Shown piece after piece: positions 30,601 to 32,000 of a DNA stretch of 32,000 bases. The notes under the pieces were generated by a model that was given only the letters and a program-made list of their open reading frames with translations, searched no databases and was not told the DNA's origin. The DNA comes from Xylella taiwanensis (GTDB taxonomy: Bacteria; Pseudomonadota; Gammaproteobacteria; Xanthomonadales; Xanthomonadaceae), in contig NZ_CP053627.1 of assembly GCF_013177435.1 (NCBI RefSeq), forward strand, positions 2,160,001 to 2,192,000, read 5' to 3'. The position numbers and the translations under genes were made by a program. Position 1 is the stretch's first letter. Each line of letters starts with the position of its first letter.

Positions 30601-31389
30601 GGCTTCAGCGGTGGCAAGCGCAGCATCGCCCATCCCCACCGCATTCTCCTGTGATGGCACCGGGTACAAGCGCGGCTGGTACAGCAGGTCACCTAGGTCC
30701 TGAGCCAGCATCTCCGCCCCACCGGGCCACAGGTGTATCAGGTCATCGACGGCCTCCGCATCAGCCATCCCTTGACGCCACAGATCGGTGGCCAGCTCGT
30801 GCAGTAGATCACGGTCACTGGCCAACAACGTGGGTGGGGTGAAGCTTTGCCCGGCCTCCAGCGCATGCTCACACAGCACCCGTGCGCAAAAGCCATGAAT
30901 GGTGAAAATCGCAGCCAGGTCGATTTCGTCGGCCGCCTGTTGCAAACGCCAGCGTAAGGTCTCTGGCGTCTCATCACTGGCCGCCAGGTAGGTACGCAGG
31001 ATATGCAGGCTCAACGCCACATCCGGCGCTTCAGGTGACGCGAGACCAGCGACCACAGGAGTCACGCGGGTCACATGCTGCGCTGGGGCATCCACTCTGC
31101 CATCCGGCACCTGCGGCTGTTGGGACGCAACGGTCACCAGCCCCGCAGCGGCGTGCGGCACCAGGCGGGCGGCCAGGACCAGGCGTTCGCGGATCCGGGT
31201 GCGTAACTCCTGGGTCGCCGCATCCGTGAAGGTCACCGCCAGAATGTGGCCGATGCGTAAGCCACGCTCGACAATCAGCCGGGTCACCAGGGTCGCCATC
31301 GTGAAGGTTTTGCCGGTCCCCGCGGAGGCTTCGATGAGACGCACGCCTTGCAACGGCAAGGTCAGATAGGGGTCAGGCGCGGCGCTCAT
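27655..31389 (-). CDS. recB: Exodeoxyribonuclease V beta subunit (helicase-nuclease)
   Basis: UvrD-type motifs include IEASAGTGKTFT, VDEFQDTD and TLHKSKGLEYPLVF. The C-terminal PD-(D/E)xK nuclease region reads GMIDLIYRHAGRWYVLDYKSN. The ATG at 31389 (MSAAPDPYL) overlaps the recC stop (ATGA, 31386-31389). The track ORF starts at a TTG at 31407. Confidence 0.93.
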   Translation of the reverse strand: MSAAPDPYLTLPLQGVRLIEASAGTGKTFTMATLVTRLIVERGLRIGHILAVTFTDAATQELRTRIRERLVLAARLVPHAAAGLVTVASQQPQVPDGRVDAPAQHVTRVTPVVAGLASPEAPDVALSLHILRTYLAASDETPETLRWRLQQAADEIDLAAIFTIHGFCARVLCEHALEAGQSFTPPTLLASDRDLLHELATDLWRQGMADAEAVDDLIHLWPGGAEMLAQDLGDLLYQPRLYPVPSQENAVGMGDAALATAEATLRHVWQAHGAALRIALHTALEDGVLSKTSYKPDALNELSDWLERWTVAPETCPVPHPKLETLTAAALQAGTRKHSAGRLPISPVSGAVERYLDALVSVDVARAQRRLRRLHLLRAEARVRLTALKRQRRVQTYDDLIEGVAQALDGVYGLTLVRRLREQYRIALVDEFQDTDITQWRIFHHVFGDAALVHTAGLTPALFLIGDPKQAIYGFRGGDVHTYLAAAARAERAPPLERNFRSRPVLLRAIQALYAQGGEDAFLTPGIAFHPVQPGTQCSAADLSHAGVDAPALVVWQAPPPLDSTARGKPKPWSAEAARTLCTDACVHAIYRWLADAQTGRAMLEGRPVCAGDIAVLVRNHREAALLQQALARAGIPAVAAGKHSLFTTDEANETLAVLLAVLHSADEGRLRAALSTVLLGLTATTIAAFDHDSVAYRHWQLQALRWRERVQSAGPLGLLSDLCAAHAERLLGLFDGERRLSNYLQLGELLQQAHRRALGLHGLVDWLRRRIAAAKDDDEAQLLRLESDARRVQIVTLHKSKGLEYPLVFLPYVGIGRSHAGPGRYCVVHDAEQGRGLYWCIDKQAPDWEQAEAAWKHEQRAEEARLLYVGLTRAKHALWIATGSFYHTERTALWPLLRDPQALTAHPGIVFDAAVPPSTVPRLTPEHAHSVPPARPAQRVLVSEWWVYSFTQLAHANAGTDSEASRRVTELPSGGQDEPALALDVIEQGVSGTEVLADSRFIGTRFGVALHEVFERTDFVAWCAWRADAPVPVTERAVLVEALRGSGYVAEDVDAGVALLTPLVGHTLTSVLPEGVRLCDVPVTERRPEIEFQFVMRPTVVDALLTLLHEHGLVRQRQGFGMRRRLEGLMTGMIDLIYRHAGRWYVLDYKSNRLPGYTPAHLAAAMADSEYDLQALIYTVALHRWLRFRLGDGYNYARDMGGIRYLFCRGVDAARTDAVGVHAQSFAPALIAAVDAMFSGACP

Positions 31390-32000
31390 GGCTGTAGATC
31401 CAGCCAAGTCAACGTATCCGGATCGGCATGACCGGTCGTGAGTGCGTCAAACACTACGGTTGCCAACTGTGCAAAGCGTGCCGCATCTTCCGGGGTGGCG
31501 AACGGATCGCGCCCGCGCAGTGCTAATTGCACCGCCGCAGTGCTCCCTTCGCCCCATTGATGTTCGTTACCACGCCAGCGTTCACGCGCGGCCGTCCATG
31601 CCCGCTCGGGCGTCTGGCGAAGTGTGTAGTACTCCCAGCCACTATGCGGGCCGAAGGCCAGCGGTTGGCGTAGGCCAACGGCCCGCAGGCGGAGCAGAAG
31701 CGTCAGTGCCGCATGGGCCTGCGAACTCGGCAGGAGCGGTTGTATATGCGGGCCCAAGCCAGCAACACCGGCATCCTCGAAGCGGACCAGCGACCCCGTT
31801 TGGCCGGCGGCGCTGGCCAACAGCCAATCCAATCCCTGACGCAATGCCGCCGGACCGTTGCGGGTGCCCAGGCGCAGCCGTGCCATTCCCTGCGGGTAGA
31901 CGTCCTGAATCCGTCCGTGCAGACGCACGCCGTCGATCGTCACCTCCAGCCACTGTGACTGCGACGGTGCTGTACCACGCCACTGTGCGAATGCTTGGGC
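31386..32000 (-). CDS. recC: Exodeoxyribonuclease V gamma subunit (C-terminal part; the gene continues beyond the window)
   Basis: My own translation shows that the frame of ORF 31386..31943 stays open to position 32000 (..AQAFAQWRGTAPSQSQWLEVTIDGVRLHGRIQDVYPQG...). Its position upstream of recB-recD and its C-terminal RecC-like sequence support the call. Confidence 0.85.
   Translation of the reverse strand, partial: AQAFAQWRGTAPSQSQWLEVTIDGVRLHGRIQDVYPQGMARLRLGTRNGPAALRQGLDWLLASAAGQTGSLVRFEDAGVAGLGPHIQPLLPSSQAHAALTLLLRLRAVGLRQPLAFGPHSGWEYYTLRQTPERAWTAARERWRGNEHQWGEGSTAAVQLALRGRDPFATPEDAARFAQLATVVFDALTTGHADPDTLTWLDLQP

Noticed and set aside
1-32000. Scan for tRNA, rRNA or tmRNA genes, for transposase, integrase or phage genes, and for known defence-system components.
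   Set aside because: I saw no T-loop/acceptor-like tRNA signatures such as GGTTCGAATCC. No ORF has transposase, integrase, restriction, Cas, reverse-transcriptase or NTPase-defence hallmarks. RecBCD is the only nuclease machinery present, and it is canonical.

Overview
This window looks like a gammaproteobacterial chromosomal backbone. The gene set, the order of genes and a mid-range GC content suggest a Xanthomonadaceae or Xylella-like genome, but I could not verify that. About 22 housekeeping genes can be called with confidence. From left to right they are hflC (partial) and hflK, a YhdH/AcuI-type oxidoreductase, an orphan PilH-like receiver, a DUF486 membrane protein, an H-NS-like protein, proS, a DUF4124 secreted protein, pssA, a divergent holD-like ORF, rimI, a GH3 beta-glucosidase, an MscS-family channel, folB, tsaD, rpsU, a GatB/YqeY protein, a YihY/BrkB membrane protein, dnaG, trpS with a C-terminal YegP-like extension, and recD, recB and recC (partial). 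Most genes are on the minus strand. Four gene junctions share the same 4-nt ATGA stop/start overlap: hflK/hflC, pssA/holD-like, recC/recB and recB/recD. I found no tRNA or rRNA gene, CRISPR array, transposase, integrase or recognisable defence genes, so I cannot point to a convincing novel multi-gene system. The unusual parts are three stretches with no convincing ORF (about 3.1-4.4 kb, 4.8-6.0 kb and 10.5-13.1 kb). They contain only short ORF fragments in shifting frames, a perfect 10-bp tandem repeat, a C9 homopolymer and an AT-rich block next to the H-NS-like gene. Two protein-level oddities also stand out: the psi-like ORF and the TrpRS-YegP fusion. Non-coding DNA throughout the window is strongly C>G on the plus strand. 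All homology statements come from my memory of protein families and need profile searches to confirm.
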